Source: a phage
DNA length: 64,000 bases
Direction: 5' to 3' (one strand)
Sequence record: PZ386965.1
Below are positions 21,875 through 31,931 of this stretch, piece by piece. A program made the position numbers and the translations under genes. Under the pieces are notes generated by a model. That model worked only from the letters and a program-made list of their open reading frames with translations, was not told where the DNA came from and did not search any database. The first letter of the stretch is position 1; each line of letters starts with the position of its first letter.

Positions 21875-23643
21875 AACCTGAAGAAATGAAATCCATGCGT
21901 AGAAATAAGGTCATTGCCGATAATAAACCACAAAAAGTAGCTGCAACAGCAGCTACCGATTCATTAGAAGCATTGAATGACATTTCAACAAAACTAGACG
22001 ATGTCCAAGCCGCGTCTGAACTCACATCACAAAGTGTAGAAGATAAAGGCAATGGAATTATTGAATCAATTGGAGACTTAAAGAATTCGACAGATAATAC
22101 TGCTGAAGGCACAGAGCTTATCGCAGAAGTTATTGAAAAACAAACTGAAGTCACTAAAAGTATAAACGAAGTTTCTAGTGCAATAAGCTCTAAGTTAGAC
22201 CGATTAGCTACATTATTAGAGCAAAAATTACAAACATCTACCGCTATTCAAAATACAGGAGGCACCTCTCTTGAAGTAATTGAGAACGCAATACCTGTTA
22301 AAGTGGTTGAGAATGAAACTTCTGATGAGTTGTTTAAAGCATTACCTACACCTGAAAAGATTGATAATAAGCCAGACGAAGATTTCTTCCCAGCCCCGGT
22401 TCAAGAAAGTGCTAATTCTACTTCCGATTCTAAAGGCGGAATTAGCTTTAAATTGAGCGATAAAATTGCAATGCTCACCAAAACAGTTCAAACCGGGTTT
22501 AATAAATCAATATCAATTTCAGACAGAATTGCTGGAATGCTTTTCAAATACACTATAACGGCTGCTATTGAAGCAGCAAAAATGGCCGCACTTATTCTTG
22601 GTATTGTTATCGGTATTGATTTATTGATAGTCCATTTCAAATATTGGACAGACAAGTTCACTTCTGCCTGGGATTTATTTGATGAAAACTTTACTAAATT
22701 CTCCGATGAAGCTAAAGAGTGGGGTAAATTCTTAAGTGATATATTCACTTCTATTGACTCGATAAAACAAATGTGGGAAGCTGGAGACTGGGGTGGTTTA
22801 ACCGTTGCTATTGTCAAAGGTGTAGGAACAGCATTAATGAACTTAGGTGAACTAATTCAATTAGGAATGGCTAAACTCTCCGCGTCTATATTGCGTGCTA
22901 TAGGTTTTGGTGATACCGCGGACGAAATAGAAGGACGTGCTTTGGAAGGATTCCAAGAAACTACTGGGAACAAATTAAAGAAAGAAGACCAAGAGAAAGT
23001 CGCTAAATATCAAATGAAGCGTGACGATGGGGAATTAGGAACCGTTTCTAAAGGTCTTGATATGTTACAACGCGGCAAAACATTCGTTACTAACTGGGTT
23101 CGTGGTAATGACAATAAAGAAGAGTTTAGTACAAGCGATGAGCGTGCTGCGGAATCAGCAAAATTAAAAGAGTTACCTGAAGAGGAGCGTAAAGAGGCGT
23201 ATATAAAAGCTAATGAAACTCGTGCGGCACTGGTTAGATTTGAGGATTATATCGATAAAATCGATATGACTAATCCAGAAAATGCTAAAAACGTCGAGAA
23301 GTCTTATGCTGATTTAAGTAAACTTATTAAAGACCCTGAACTTAATAAAACTCCTGTTGTTAAAAAGGAAATAGATGCTAGATTTGAAAAGCTAAATAAT
23401 AAAATGGCTGAAGCCAAAAAGGCTCAGACAACAGTTAAGCCTGAATCTTCGACTAAATCTCCGGAAGCAAAACAAGTTCAGTCAATAGAGAAAGGACGTG
23501 CTTCTGAATCTAAACAACAGCAACCGGTAGCGGCGATTAGTAACACAAATAATGTCGTCAAAAAGAATACCGTAGTCCAGAATATGACCCCTGTAACAAG
23601 TACAACGGCTCCTGGAATTTTCCATGCCACCGGTGTTAATTAA
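21871..23643 (+). CDS. 29: baseplate hub / tail length determinator gp29
   Basis: 590 aa, same length as T4 gp29. Confidence 0.92.
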   Translation: MKPEEMKSMRRNKVIADNKPQKVAATAATDSLEALNDISTKLDDVQAASELTSQSVEDKGNGIIESIGDLKNSTDNTAEGTELIAEVIEKQTEVTKSINEVSSAISSKLDRLATLLEQKLQTSTAIQNTGGTSLEVIENAIPVKVVENETSDELFKALPTPEKIDNKPDEDFFPAPVQESANSTSDSKGGISFKLSDKIAMLTKTVQTGFNKSISISDRIAGMLFKYTITAAIEAAKMAALILGIVIGIDLLIVHFKYWTDKFTSAWDLFDENFTKFSDEAKEWGKFLSDIFTSIDSIKQMWEAGDWGGLTVAIVKGVGTALMNLGELIQLGMAKLSASILRAIGFGDTADEIEGRALEGFQETTGNKLKKEDQEKVAKYQMKRDDGELGTVSKGLDMLQRGKTFVTNWVRGNDNKEEFSTSDERAAESAKLKELPEEERKEAYIKANETRAALVRFEDYIDKIDMTNPENAKNVEKSYADLSKLIKDPELNKTPVVKKEIDARFEKLNNKMAEAKKAQTTVKPESSTKSPEAKQVQSIEKGRASESKQQQPVAAISNTNNVVKKNTVVQNMTPVTSTTAPGIFHATGVN

Positions 23644-23651
23644 GGATTATT

Positions 23652-24761
23652 ATGATTAGTGTAAAAGAAATAGTAGTAGATGCAAAGGATTTAAATAAAG
23701 CAATCCCAGTCTCAGAAAGTGCTGGGCAAAGCACTAAAACCGAAACAACTACTAAAACTTATGTTGCTCAATTTCCTACAGGAAGAGCAGCCGGAAATGA
23801 CTCCACAGGAGACTTCCAGGTAACAGACCTTTATAAGAACGGATTATTATTTACCGCGTACAATATGTCTGCACGCGATTCAGGATCCCTCAGGAATTTA
23901 CGTCCGGCGTATGCCGGAACTTCATCTAATGGTATCATATCAGATTTAACTGATAATGTGAAAGATGCAGTGACTAAATTCTCTAATGGGTTGCTTCCTG
24001 CCGGAGCTAATAAATCTACTATAAATAAAACTCCTGTTGCTAATATACTTTTGCCACGTTCCAAATCTGACGTTGATACAACTTCACATCGTTTTAATGA
24101 TATCGGTGATAGCCTTATTACTAAAGGTGGAGGTACTGCTACAGGTGTTTTAAGTAACATTGCTTCTACTGCAGTCTTTGGTGCATTAGATTCTATTACT
24201 CAAGGGCTTATGGCTGATAACAACGAACAGATTTATACGACTTCTCGTAGTATGTATGGCGGTGCTGAGAACCGTACTAAAGTCTTTACATGGGATTTAA
24301 CTCCACGTTCGACTGAAGACCTTATGACTATTATAAACATTTACCAGTATTTTAACTATTTCTCATATGGCGAGACCGGTAAATCACAGTACGCCCAAGA
24401 GATTAAAAGTTATTTAGACGAATGGTACCGTTCAACGTTTATTGAGCCTATGACGCCAGATGATGCAGTAAAAAATAAGACATTGTTTGAAAAGATTACT
24501 GCGTCATTAACAAACGTATTAGTTGTAAGCAACCCTACAATTTGGATGGTTAAAAACTTTGGTTATACATCTAAATTTGATGGATTAACTGACGTATTTG
24601 GCCCATGTCAAATTCAAAGCGTACGTTTTGATAAAACTCCAAATGGACAATTTAATGGTCTCGCTGTTGCTCCTAACTTACCATCAACATTTACGTTAGA
24701 GATAACAATGCGAGAAATTATTACATTAAACCGTTCTTCACTTTATGCGGGGACTTTCTAA
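23652..24761 (+). CDS. 48: baseplate tail tube cap gp48
   Basis: 369 aa, T4 gp48 size and position. Confidence 0.9.
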   Translation: MISVKEIVVDAKDLNKAIPVSESAGQSTKTETTTKTYVAQFPTGRAAGNDSTGDFQVTDLYKNGLLFTAYNMSARDSGSLRNLRPAYAGTSSNGIISDLTDNVKDAVTKFSNGLLPAGANKSTINKTPVANILLPRSKSDVDTTSHRFNDIGDSLITKGGGTATGVLSNIASTAVFGALDSITQGLMADNNEQIYTTSRSMYGGAENRTKVFTWDLTPRSTEDLMTIINIYQYFNYFSYGETGKSQYAQEIKSYLDEWYRSTFIEPMTPDDAVKNKTLFEKITASLTNVLVVSNPTIWMVKNFGYTSKFDGLTDVFGPCQIQSVRFDKTPNGQFNGLAVAPNLPSTFTLEITMREIITLNRSSLYAGTF

Positions 24762-25723
24762 TGTACTCTTTAGAAGAATTTAATAACCACGCTATAAATG
24801 CGGATTTCCAACGAAACAATATGTTTAGTTGTGTATTTGCTACTACCCCATCGACTAAATCATCTTCACTAATTTCGTCAATTGGTAGTTTTGCTTATAA
24901 TAACTTAGGGTTGGATTCAGATTGGCTAGGATTGTCTCAAGGTGATATCAATCAGGGCGTAACAACCCTGATTACAGCAGGAACACAGAAATTAATTCGA
25001 AAATCGGGTGCAAGTAAATATCTGATTGGAGCAATGAGTCAACGTACGGTACAAAGCTTGTTAGGTGAGTTCACAGTAGGAACTTATCTGATAGACTTCT
25101 TCAATATGGCATATAATAATACAGGTTTAATGATTTATTCTGTAAAAATGCCTGAGAACCGATTATCTTATGAAACGGATTTCAACTATAACTCCCCGAA
25201 CATCCGAATTACCGGTCGTGAAATGGACCCGTTAGTAATAAGCTTTAGAATGGATTCCGAAGCATCTAACTTTAGAGCAATGCAAGACTGGGTAAACTCA
25301 GTCCAAGACCCTGTAACAGGTCTTCGTGCTTTACCACAAGACGTCGAAGCAGATATTCAGGTTAATTTACACGCACGAAATGGTTTACCACATACCGCTG
25401 TCATGTTCACAGGATGTATTCCTGTTAGTGTCTCTTCTCCTGAGTTAACGTATGATGGTGATAATCAGATAACAGTTTTTGATGTAACATTTGCTTATCG
25501 CGTTATGCAATCAGGTGCTGTAAATAGACAGGCTGCTTTAGAATGGCTGGAATCAGGACTTATTAGTAGTGTTTCAGGAATGTTTGGAAATAATCAGAAT
25601 GATTCTGGACTAGGAAGTGCAGTATCAAGACTTTCTAGATTAGGTGGGACCGCTGGAGGTGTGTCTAATATAAACACAATGACAGGTATGGTGAATTCTA
25701 CATCAAGAGTTTTAGGTCTATAA
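24761..25723 (+). CDS. 54: baseplate tail tube initiator gp54
   Basis: 320 aa, same length as T4 gp54; followed by a bidirectional terminator. Confidence 0.9.
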   Translation: MYSLEEFNNHAINADFQRNNMFSCVFATTPSTKSSSLISSIGSFAYNNLGLDSDWLGLSQGDINQGVTTLITAGTQKLIRKSGASKYLIGAMSQRTVQSLLGEFTVGTYLIDFFNMAYNNTGLMIYSVKMPENRLSYETDFNYNSPNIRITGREMDPLVISFRMDSEASNFRAMQDWVNSVQDPVTGLRALPQDVEADIQVNLHARNGLPHTAVMFTGCIPVSVSSPELTYDGDNQITVFDVTFAYRVMQSGAVNRQAALEWLESGLISSVSGMFGNNQNDSGLGSAVSRLSRLGGTAGGVSNINTMTGMVNSTSRVLGL

Positions 25724-25755
25724 GAAAAAAGGGAGACAACGTCTCCCTTTAGGGG
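25724..25755. terminator. bidirectional terminator between gene 54 and the alt.-3-position ORF
   Basis: A-tract, GGGAGAC-aac-GTCTCCC, T-tract. Confidence 0.8.
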
Positions 25756-25756
25756 T

Positions 25757-26050
25757 TTATTTACGGAATGAAAGGAATGCTGGTGCTCGGAATGGAGTAT
25801 CATCTTTAGAGTATTTAACTAATACGACCATTGGTACCTCTGTTTCTAAATGACCTGTCACTACACCGATAAAAATTTGATCAGTGTGTTCAGGGTCACG
25901 AAAGTTTTTAAGAGGTTCCATAGCAATATGGAATGCACCTGGGAATACTCGATTCAATTCGTCAATCACAGCTTCGTTAAAAACATCATCCGCTGGGATA
26001 GCATCTTCAACTACTAGTTCTTGACCATTAAAGCGAAGCATAGATTTCAT
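25757..26050 (-). CDS. hypothetical protein (alt.-3 position)
   Basis: Track ORF begins at TTG; internal ATG with AGGA RBS gives 97 aa; early promoter directly upstream. Confidence 0.65.
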   Translation of the reverse strand: MKSMLRFNGQELVVEDAIPADDVFNEAVIDELNRVFPGAFHIAMEPLKNFRDPEHTDQIFIGVVTGHLETEVPMVVLVKYSKDDTPFRAPAFLSFRK

Positions 26051-26079
26051 AACGTTTTCCTCATGTTGTTGATGGGATG

Positions 26080-26109
26080 ATAGTATCACACATCCATGTG
26101 TTTGTAAAC
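26080..26109 (-). promoter_or_regulatory. T4-type early promoter upstream of the alt.-3-position ORF
   Basis: Minus strand GTTTAC, 18-nt spacer, TACTAT; AGGA RBS downstream. Confidence 0.6.
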
Positions 26110-28196
26110 TATCCTTGGACAAATTTAAACGGAACTGATTCTAAATCCATTAAAGATGCTAACAATTTCAATCCTTTAGGTGCACTAGTTTTTTCTACAA
26201 ATGAAGAGAACGATACCGGCTCATCCGATTCGATTTCACCCGTCATAGCAACCACCTCGCCTGTTTCCATGAGAACATCACCATCATAAATGACAGCTTC
26301 GTCCAACTGGTCCGAGGACATGACTTCAGCTTGAATAAATTTAAGGTTGGATTCTAAACCTGCACCAGTGTCAGATGACGCATCTGTAATTTTATTTATT
26401 TGCAAGAGAATGCCTCTAGGCAAAATAATTTCTTGCTCATTAGGGTGATTACTCAACTGTCCTGGATAAATCACGTTAACTTTATGAGCGCCATCAATAG
26501 CCCATCCAACGTTAACACGGATTTGTTCTGGCGCATGCATAGCTGTTCTTACTTGACTAGGAGAAATAGTAACACCTTCATCATTATTGTCAATGTTAAG
26601 CTCTTTGCGAACTTCTTCAGGAGCAAGTCCAAGGGCAACGTTCTCTTTAAACCCACCGAAAATAATAGGAGCTAGTGAAGTGGAAACATAGTTTCTGAAG
26701 TAGAATACCTTATTTTTAACCATTGCTTCGTAAATAGGCATTCTGATAGACTGAGCTCTATATAACGTTAGTCCTTCAGGTAAACGGTCTCCATTTAAAA
26801 ACGCTGAATCAAGACCATCGATAGCGCGTTTAACTTCATCTTCATCTGCAACATCGTAAAAATCTGGTTTATAACGACCTAACAACATATTATTGATATC
26901 GGTATACGCAGAAGAGGCATATTCGCGAATAGCTCGTTTTTCAGCAACAGAGTATTGTTTAGGGTCCCGATTCATTGTTATATTAAAGGTGCCTCTAGCC
27001 GATTCTCGTGCATAAGTATACATCACATTAGACAAGAACGCTGATTTACGTTGTTTCCAAGTTTTTTCAGATACTTCAGCTAAAACGTCGTCAGCCAGTT
27101 GGAAATTATCTCGTCTAAAATCTTCAAACCATTCGTCTTTAATAGAGTCTGCAATTTCATTTGCAGCTTCAACAAAAGCAGCTAATGCTTTAACAGATGT
27201 TGTTTTTTCAGTTTTAATTTTCTTAGCAAACTTTTCTAAAGTTGGCTTAATAACACTACCATAAGAAACTTCATCGGCAAATCTAAAGGATTCATCAATA
27301 CGATTATAAATCTTATTTTCGATATCAGCAACTAAAGTGCCTTTTGCTGTGGACGATGCTTGGGCTAGTACGATTTCATATGCTTCAGGAAGTAATTCGG
27401 CTGTAGCTGGGCCACTAACTTCTTTAGCAGAATTTTCGTATTTCTGGAATAACTCGCCTTCTTGGCGGTCAGCTTCTAAAGATTGACTTGCTGCAATAGC
27501 ACGACGAGAAATTTTGGTGCGAGCAATAACCGGCTTATCTTTACGTTTTTCTTCTACCGCGGCAATAGAACCAGCGATAGCCGTTTCTTTGGTGACCTTT
27601 TCACCGGTCTTTTTACTCACATAAACTTCGCCAACATCAGAATCTACTTTCGTGTACAACTCTGTGTTAATGTTAGGGATGCCTTTAATATCCTCAATGT
27701 TGGCATTTTTACGAACCATCATCACATAGGTGTGTTTACCTGTGAATTGATACATTGCAGACAATACTTTAAAACGACCACCGGTTTTAGTAGAAACTAA
27801 ACGAGCAAGAAGAGTTTGAAGTTGTTGTCCACGTCCTTTCAATTTCTTGGTAGGGAATCGAAACAGAACTGCATCCATACGAAGAGCTTTAACCTGTTCA
27901 TATACTGTATTGAAAATGGTGTTGATTGCATCAATAGGAGCAGGACCAAGGCCGTTTTTCAATTCAGCGAGATTACCCTTTTCAGACAGACTCATAATAA
28001 CAACATGAGCGTATTTGTCGCCAAGTTTAACTTGTTTTACAGCATCGCCTTCGGAAAGATAAGAGAATAAACGAACTACAATATTTGTATCAACATCACC
28101 AATTTTCCAGACTTGTGGAACTTTAGCTTTAGGGTTCAAATTGACGACAGGAAGACTGCCTTCAGATTCAAACACTTCATTTAATTGTTCAGACAT
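26109..28196 (-). CDS. alt: Alt ADP-ribosyltransferase (packaged)
   Basis: 695 aa, T4 Alt size and position between gene 30 and gene 54. Confidence 0.85.
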   Translation of the reverse strand: MSEQLNEVFESEGSLPVVNLNPKAKVPQVWKIGDVDTNIVVRLFSYLSEGDAVKQVKLGDKYAHVVIMSLSEKGNLAELKNGLGPAPIDAINTIFNTVYEQVKALRMDAVLFRFPTKKLKGRGQQLQTLLARLVSTKTGGRFKVLSAMYQFTGKHTYVMMVRKNANIEDIKGIPNINTELYTKVDSDVGEVYVSKKTGEKVTKETAIAGSIAAVEEKRKDKPVIARTKISRRAIAASQSLEADRQEGELFQKYENSAKEVSGPATAELLPEAYEIVLAQASSTAKGTLVADIENKIYNRIDESFRFADEVSYGSVIKPTLEKFAKKIKTEKTTSVKALAAFVEAANEIADSIKDEWFEDFRRDNFQLADDVLAEVSEKTWKQRKSAFLSNVMYTYARESARGTFNITMNRDPKQYSVAEKRAIREYASSAYTDINNMLLGRYKPDFYDVADEDEVKRAIDGLDSAFLNGDRLPEGLTLYRAQSIRMPIYEAMVKNKVFYFRNYVSTSLAPIIFGGFKENVALGLAPEEVRKELNIDNNDEGVTISPSQVRTAMHAPEQIRVNVGWAIDGAHKVNVIYPGQLSNHPNEQEIILPRGILLQINKITDASSDTGAGLESNLKFIQAEVMSSDQLDEAVIYDGDVLMETGEVVAMTGEIESDEPVSFSSFVEKTSAPKGLKLLASLMDLESVPFKFVQG

Positions 28197-28229
28197 AGTG
28201 TTTTCCTTTTAGTAATAATTTATATTTAT

Positions 28230-28252
28230 GCCAAAAAGAGCCCGAAGGCTCT
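28230..28252 (-). terminator. terminator upstream of alt
   Basis: AGAGCC-UUCG-GGCUCU then a U-run on the minus transcript. Confidence 0.65.
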
Positions 28253-28440
28253 TAATCCACAATCGGGAGCAAAGTACGATAAACTTCAAAATTAGGGCCT
28301 TTTTCGTACGTATCAAAATTGTCCATAAAAATATGATAGGAATCGTTATTAGGAAAATCTAATACAATTTGGGAACAAGAGGTGGAAACATCTCCACCAT
28401 CCTTCTTAGCTACAATAACTGTTTCTAAATAAGCTTTCAT
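28252..28440 (-). CDS. hypothetical protein (62 aa)
   Basis: ATG overlaps the ligase stop (TAATG coupling); UUCG-loop terminator follows. Confidence 0.55.
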   Translation of the reverse strand: MKAYLETVIVAKKDGGDVSTSCSQIVLDFPNNDSYHIFMDNFDTYEKGPNFEVYRTLLPIVD

Positions 28441-29933
28441 TATAAACCTGTCTGGGACCACGGTCCAAATACGTCTTCAAACGAATCCGCTTCTGTTTTA
28501 TCAAAACGGAACCCTTTAATAATTGGGAGGAAAATACCTACAGTACCTTCACGGCCTTTAGAATGAACCCAACCATTACATTCACAATCAGCGATACGTC
28601 CAATTAATTTACCTTCACGAGCTTCGGTCATTAATCGTTCACGGTCTAAATCATGACGCTCGTCTAAAGGAATAAGAACCTTTACACCGTCAACTGTTTT
28701 ATGAGTTGTATCTTTAAAACCTGAACCACAATCGGTTGTAATACGACGACAACGTGATACGAGTTCGACACCACCTAATTTGTTAGGGTCTTTAGAGTGT
28801 TCGTAGTATCCTACAACTTCTAAAGCGATATCAATAACTTCTTTAAATTTAATTAGGTTCTTAGAGCGTTTGTTTTCCCAATATGAATCACGGTTTTTAA
28901 GGATAATACCTTCAAGACCTTGGTCAACATATTTTTTATAAACCACTTTAGCTTCGTCAAGATTACGAACTAACTGATTTTCGATTGGCTCAATTCGCTT
29001 AAAGCCTTCAGTCATATTTTCAAGAGCAGCAAAACGAACATCGTATTTCTGACCTTTAATTTTGCCATCAGAATAGACTTCATCTAAAGGAACATAGTCC
29101 CAGGCTTGAAGAACCATACCTTCCGCTTCTTTAGGAGAAATAGTCCCTTGTAGAGATTTATTTGCTAAACCATTTGAAGTGCTACGGTCTGCAACCTGTA
29201 CTTCTTCGGATTCTTCATTATCGCCAAATAAGAACGACAGGTCATTTCCTGAGCTCACAGCCTTTTTAATATCAAATGAATGATAAACTAATTCACCGTC
29301 GATTAAAACCCCATTAGGGTGTCTTTCACGAGCTTCTTTAGTCATTTCCATTAGTTCATCTGCTAATAGGGTAAGACCATGGTATTCATTACCGGCACGA
29401 GAAAAGAATTGAACACCATCATCGCGAACTTCAGCGAAACAACGAGCACCATCGGCTTTTAATTGAGCAAATGCAGGCCATTTAATATTTTTAGTGATCA
29501 ATTTCTCATCATATGCAGATGCTAACATCTGTGGTTGCAATTGAATAAGTCCAGGCCACACCTTATTCGCGATAGACACTGAAGCACCTACTTCAAGGTC
29601 GCGCATCATTACACGACGAAGGACTTCTACATCATCAGGTTTACCATCAGCGATATAACCCATGAGCTCTTTAATTGCAGCATTACCAGTGAGTTTACGA
29701 GTGGCTAATGTAAACTCAATAAAATCCAACATGTCATCTAATTCAAGAAGACCATATGCTTGAGACCTTTCACCTGGTCCTGGCCATTTCTTAATATAAT
29801 ACTGGATACCACGTGCATATGTTAAACGATACACACGTTCAAGTAATTTGTTGTCCTTATTTTTCTTAAGGATTTCTTGTTTTGTTTTAGTAGAACCGAT
29901 CGCAGCTATTTGGTTTAAAATATCTAAAATCAT
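28440..29933 (-). CDS. 30: ATP-dependent DNA ligase gp30
   Basis: 497 aa, strong match to T4 DNA ligase including the KADGAR adenylation motif. Confidence 0.96.
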   Translation of the reverse strand: MILDILNQIAAIGSTKTKQEILKKNKDNKLLERVYRLTYARGIQYYIKKWPGPGERSQAYGLLELDDMLDFIEFTLATRKLTGNAAIKELMGYIADGKPDDVEVLRRVMMRDLEVGASVSIANKVWPGLIQLQPQMLASAYDEKLITKNIKWPAFAQLKADGARCFAEVRDDGVQFFSRAGNEYHGLTLLADELMEMTKEARERHPNGVLIDGELVYHSFDIKKAVSSGNDLSFLFGDNEESEEVQVADRSTSNGLANKSLQGTISPKEAEGMVLQAWDYVPLDEVYSDGKIKGQKYDVRFAALENMTEGFKRIEPIENQLVRNLDEAKVVYKKYVDQGLEGIILKNRDSYWENKRSKNLIKFKEVIDIALEVVGYYEHSKDPNKLGGVELVSRCRRITTDCGSGFKDTTHKTVDGVKVLIPLDERHDLDRERLMTEAREGKLIGRIADCECNGWVHSKGREGTVGIFLPIIKGFRFDKTEADSFEDVFGPWSQTGL

Positions 29934-30199
29934 TTGATGTCCTCGATTTTGGTTACGGTTCTATTATAAGCCACTTCATCTAGAAGCGATTTCAGCGTTT
30001 TCTGATAAGTTGTAATCCATTTACCGAGACCTTCAACATAATATTCTGAAATGTAGATGAACCCTTGTTCAACACACTCTTTAAATATTTCTGCGTCTTT
30101 TACTGAACGAAACAATGGCCAGTCTCGAAAGAACATGTTAACGTGACCGTAGTCACGTGTCGTGTTTTTGCCATCTGTAATATCATGAACTACAAACAT
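29930..30199 (-). CDS. hypothetical protein (position of T4 30.1)
   Basis: 89-aa ORF with ATG start, coupled to gene 30. Confidence 0.6.
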   Translation of the reverse strand: MFVVHDITDGKNTTRDYGHVNMFFRDWPLFRSVKDAEIFKECVEQGFIYISEYYVEGLGKWITTYQKTLKSLLDEVAYNRTVTKIEDIK

Positions 30200-30208
30200 A
30201 ATTAACCC

Positions 30209-31024
30209 TTAACAATTTATAGACCAAGTCCATTTGGACGAATCTAAAGGAAAGTTTTGAATTGTCCACCATGGCTGCATATCGGTTGGCCCTTGGTTTC
30301 GCCAGGTATACGGATTCGACGGAGTGCCAATTTGATTAGGCCATGCACCTGGACTTGTTGTACCAGATTCTTTAAGCAAATCCGCCAATCGTTTTAAAAG
30401 GTCTTCACGATCTGAATCTGAATTATGCTCGGGTGGAACCAAACGAGATTCAATATCATCCCACGTGTGTACACGTTGTGCAGTACGAGGAATGGCATCA
30501 CGTTCACCACGAGCCAACCAATAAATCGGTACATTAAGAATTTCTGCTGCATGGTCACAGTGATGAGCTAAATCGTCAACGTAACAAATCACGTTATATT
30601 TTGTTTTAGCTAGTTCGAATAATTGTTCCTTTGAAGAATCATGACCACACATCATTACTTCAGAGAAAGCGCCTGGGAACAAAGCATTCAAATTAAATTG
30701 TCTATTCAATCGAGCATCAATTGAATCACCTAGCGCCGTCACGGCTACAAAATTATAGTCTTCTTTTAGTTTATTGATAACTCGAAGAGCATCCGAATAA
30801 GGCGCTAAGTAACGAATAAAATCAGAGCTATTATATTTTTCTATTAATTGTTTACCAAGGTTATCGTCTGTATTGAATAGTTTACCAGGAGAAATAAATT
30901 TTTCGTCCTGAATCATTTTTAAAATATGTTCTAATGGAAGATTATATTTTTGGGCAAAATAAGGAAGTCCAGATTGCCAGCTTAAACATACACCATCAAT
31001 ATCAGTCAAAATAGTAGGTTTCAT
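30209..31024 (-). CDS. HAD-superfamily phosphatase-like protein (position of T4 30.2)
   Basis: 271 aa; N-terminal DIDGV motif (HAD motif I) and downstream DD motif; Trp-rich C-terminal tail. Confidence 0.6.
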   Translation of the reverse strand: MKPTILTDIDGVCLSWQSGLPYFAQKYNLPLEHILKMIQDEKFISPGKLFNTDDNLGKQLIEKYNSSDFIRYLAPYSDALRVINKLKEDYNFVAVTALGDSIDARLNRQFNLNALFPGAFSEVMMCGHDSSKEQLFELAKTKYNVICYVDDLAHHCDHAAEILNVPIYWLARGERDAIPRTAQRVHTWDDIESRLVPPEHNSDSDREDLLKRLADLLKESGTTSPGAWPNQIGTPSNPYTWRNQGPTDMQPWWTIQNFPLDSSKWTWSINC

Positions 31025-31479
31025 AAAGAGTCTCTTAATAGGTTTAACACATCAATAAATTCAGCTTCGGTTAGTATTGTATCATCTTTTGTTAGACCAC
31101 TAGCCATGCTGTGCTTCAAAATTTTTCCTTTAGAGGCTTGTAATGCATCACGAAACCCTTTGTTTTGGATCGCGGCTTCAAAATATGCATTTGTGTATAA
31201 TTCTTTCCATGCTTCAGAGTATCTTGAAAATGGAACTCCTAACCAGAAGAGAGTCCCACGGTCTTGAGCTCTTGCATAAGACCTTCCAGCTTGCTGTGCA
31301 GCCAGTCCTGACAGCCCAAATATACGTCTTTGTTGTTCAACATTTTTCACCTTACATCCTTGGAGAAACCCTTCAAGACCTCCGAATTGAATACCATCCA
31401 TAACAAAAGGCCATTGAGCAAAGTTACTTAATGCACATGACGGCCACTTGAAATTACTTCTTATTTCTAATTCAGACAT
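31021..31479 (-). CDS. NADAR/YbiA-like protein (position of T4 30.3)
   Basis: Track ORF begins at GTG; internal ATG gives 152 aa; the LSNFAQWPFVMDG segment resembles the E. coli YbiA FSNFAAWPIKVDG core. Confidence 0.55.
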   Translation of the reverse strand: MSELEIRSNFKWPSCALSNFAQWPFVMDGIQFGGLEGFLQGCKVKNVEQQRRIFGLSGLAAQQAGRSYARAQDRGTLFWLGVPFSRYSEAWKELYTNAYFEAAIQNKGFRDALQASKGKILKHSMASGLTKDDTILTEAEFIDVLNLLRDSL

Positions 31480-31690
31480 CTTTAACACTTATAATTTCAA
31501 CATCAGCCCAATGGCCGTATCCAGGTATACGGTCTTCGATAGATAAATTTCCGTCATTTTTAGGCATTTTAATTGACGTAACGTATGGTTCTAAACGGTT
31601 TTCTGCATAATACGGAAAAACGTCTGTTACACGATAAGTAACTTCAATCATTTCCGTACCAAACAATTTCTGGATTAGTTTATTCAACAT
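31472..31690 (-). CDS. hypothetical protein (72 aa)
   Basis: ORF with ATG start in the early 30.x cluster. Confidence 0.5.
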   Translation of the reverse strand: MLNKLIQKLFGTEMIEVTYRVTDVFPYYAENRLEPYVTSIKMPKNDGNLSIEDRIPGYGHWADVEIISVKDV

Positions 31691-31877
31691 GTTTCAACCC
31701 TTTAATAGGAGATAACTCTTTACCCATACGTATGTCAGAAGTCCCATCAACCCATTGAACAGCATACGCTTCATTGATAATTCCAGCGGCGGTTTTAAAT
31801 TCATGGAGAACTTTAAAAATCATCCCAGGGATTCCAACACCTTTTAATTGGACTGTTTGTGCTATTAAAAATTTCAT
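31680..31877 (-). CDS. hypothetical protein (65 aa)
   Basis: ORF with ATG start in the early 30.x cluster. Confidence 0.5.
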   Translation of the reverse strand: MKFLIAQTVQLKGVGIPGMIFKVLHEFKTAAGIINEAYAVQWVDGTSDIRMGKELSPIKGLKHVE

Positions 31878-31931
31878 ATTTTTCCACTTACTAAAGAAAT
31901 TATTATACTCTAATCCGTCCTTGGATGTAAA

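Noticed and set aside
26080-26109. Short inverted repeats inside early-promoter spacers as distinct operator sites
   Set aside because: Probably a by-product of conserved spacer positions in the T4 early promoter consensus; not reported as a separate feature without binding data.
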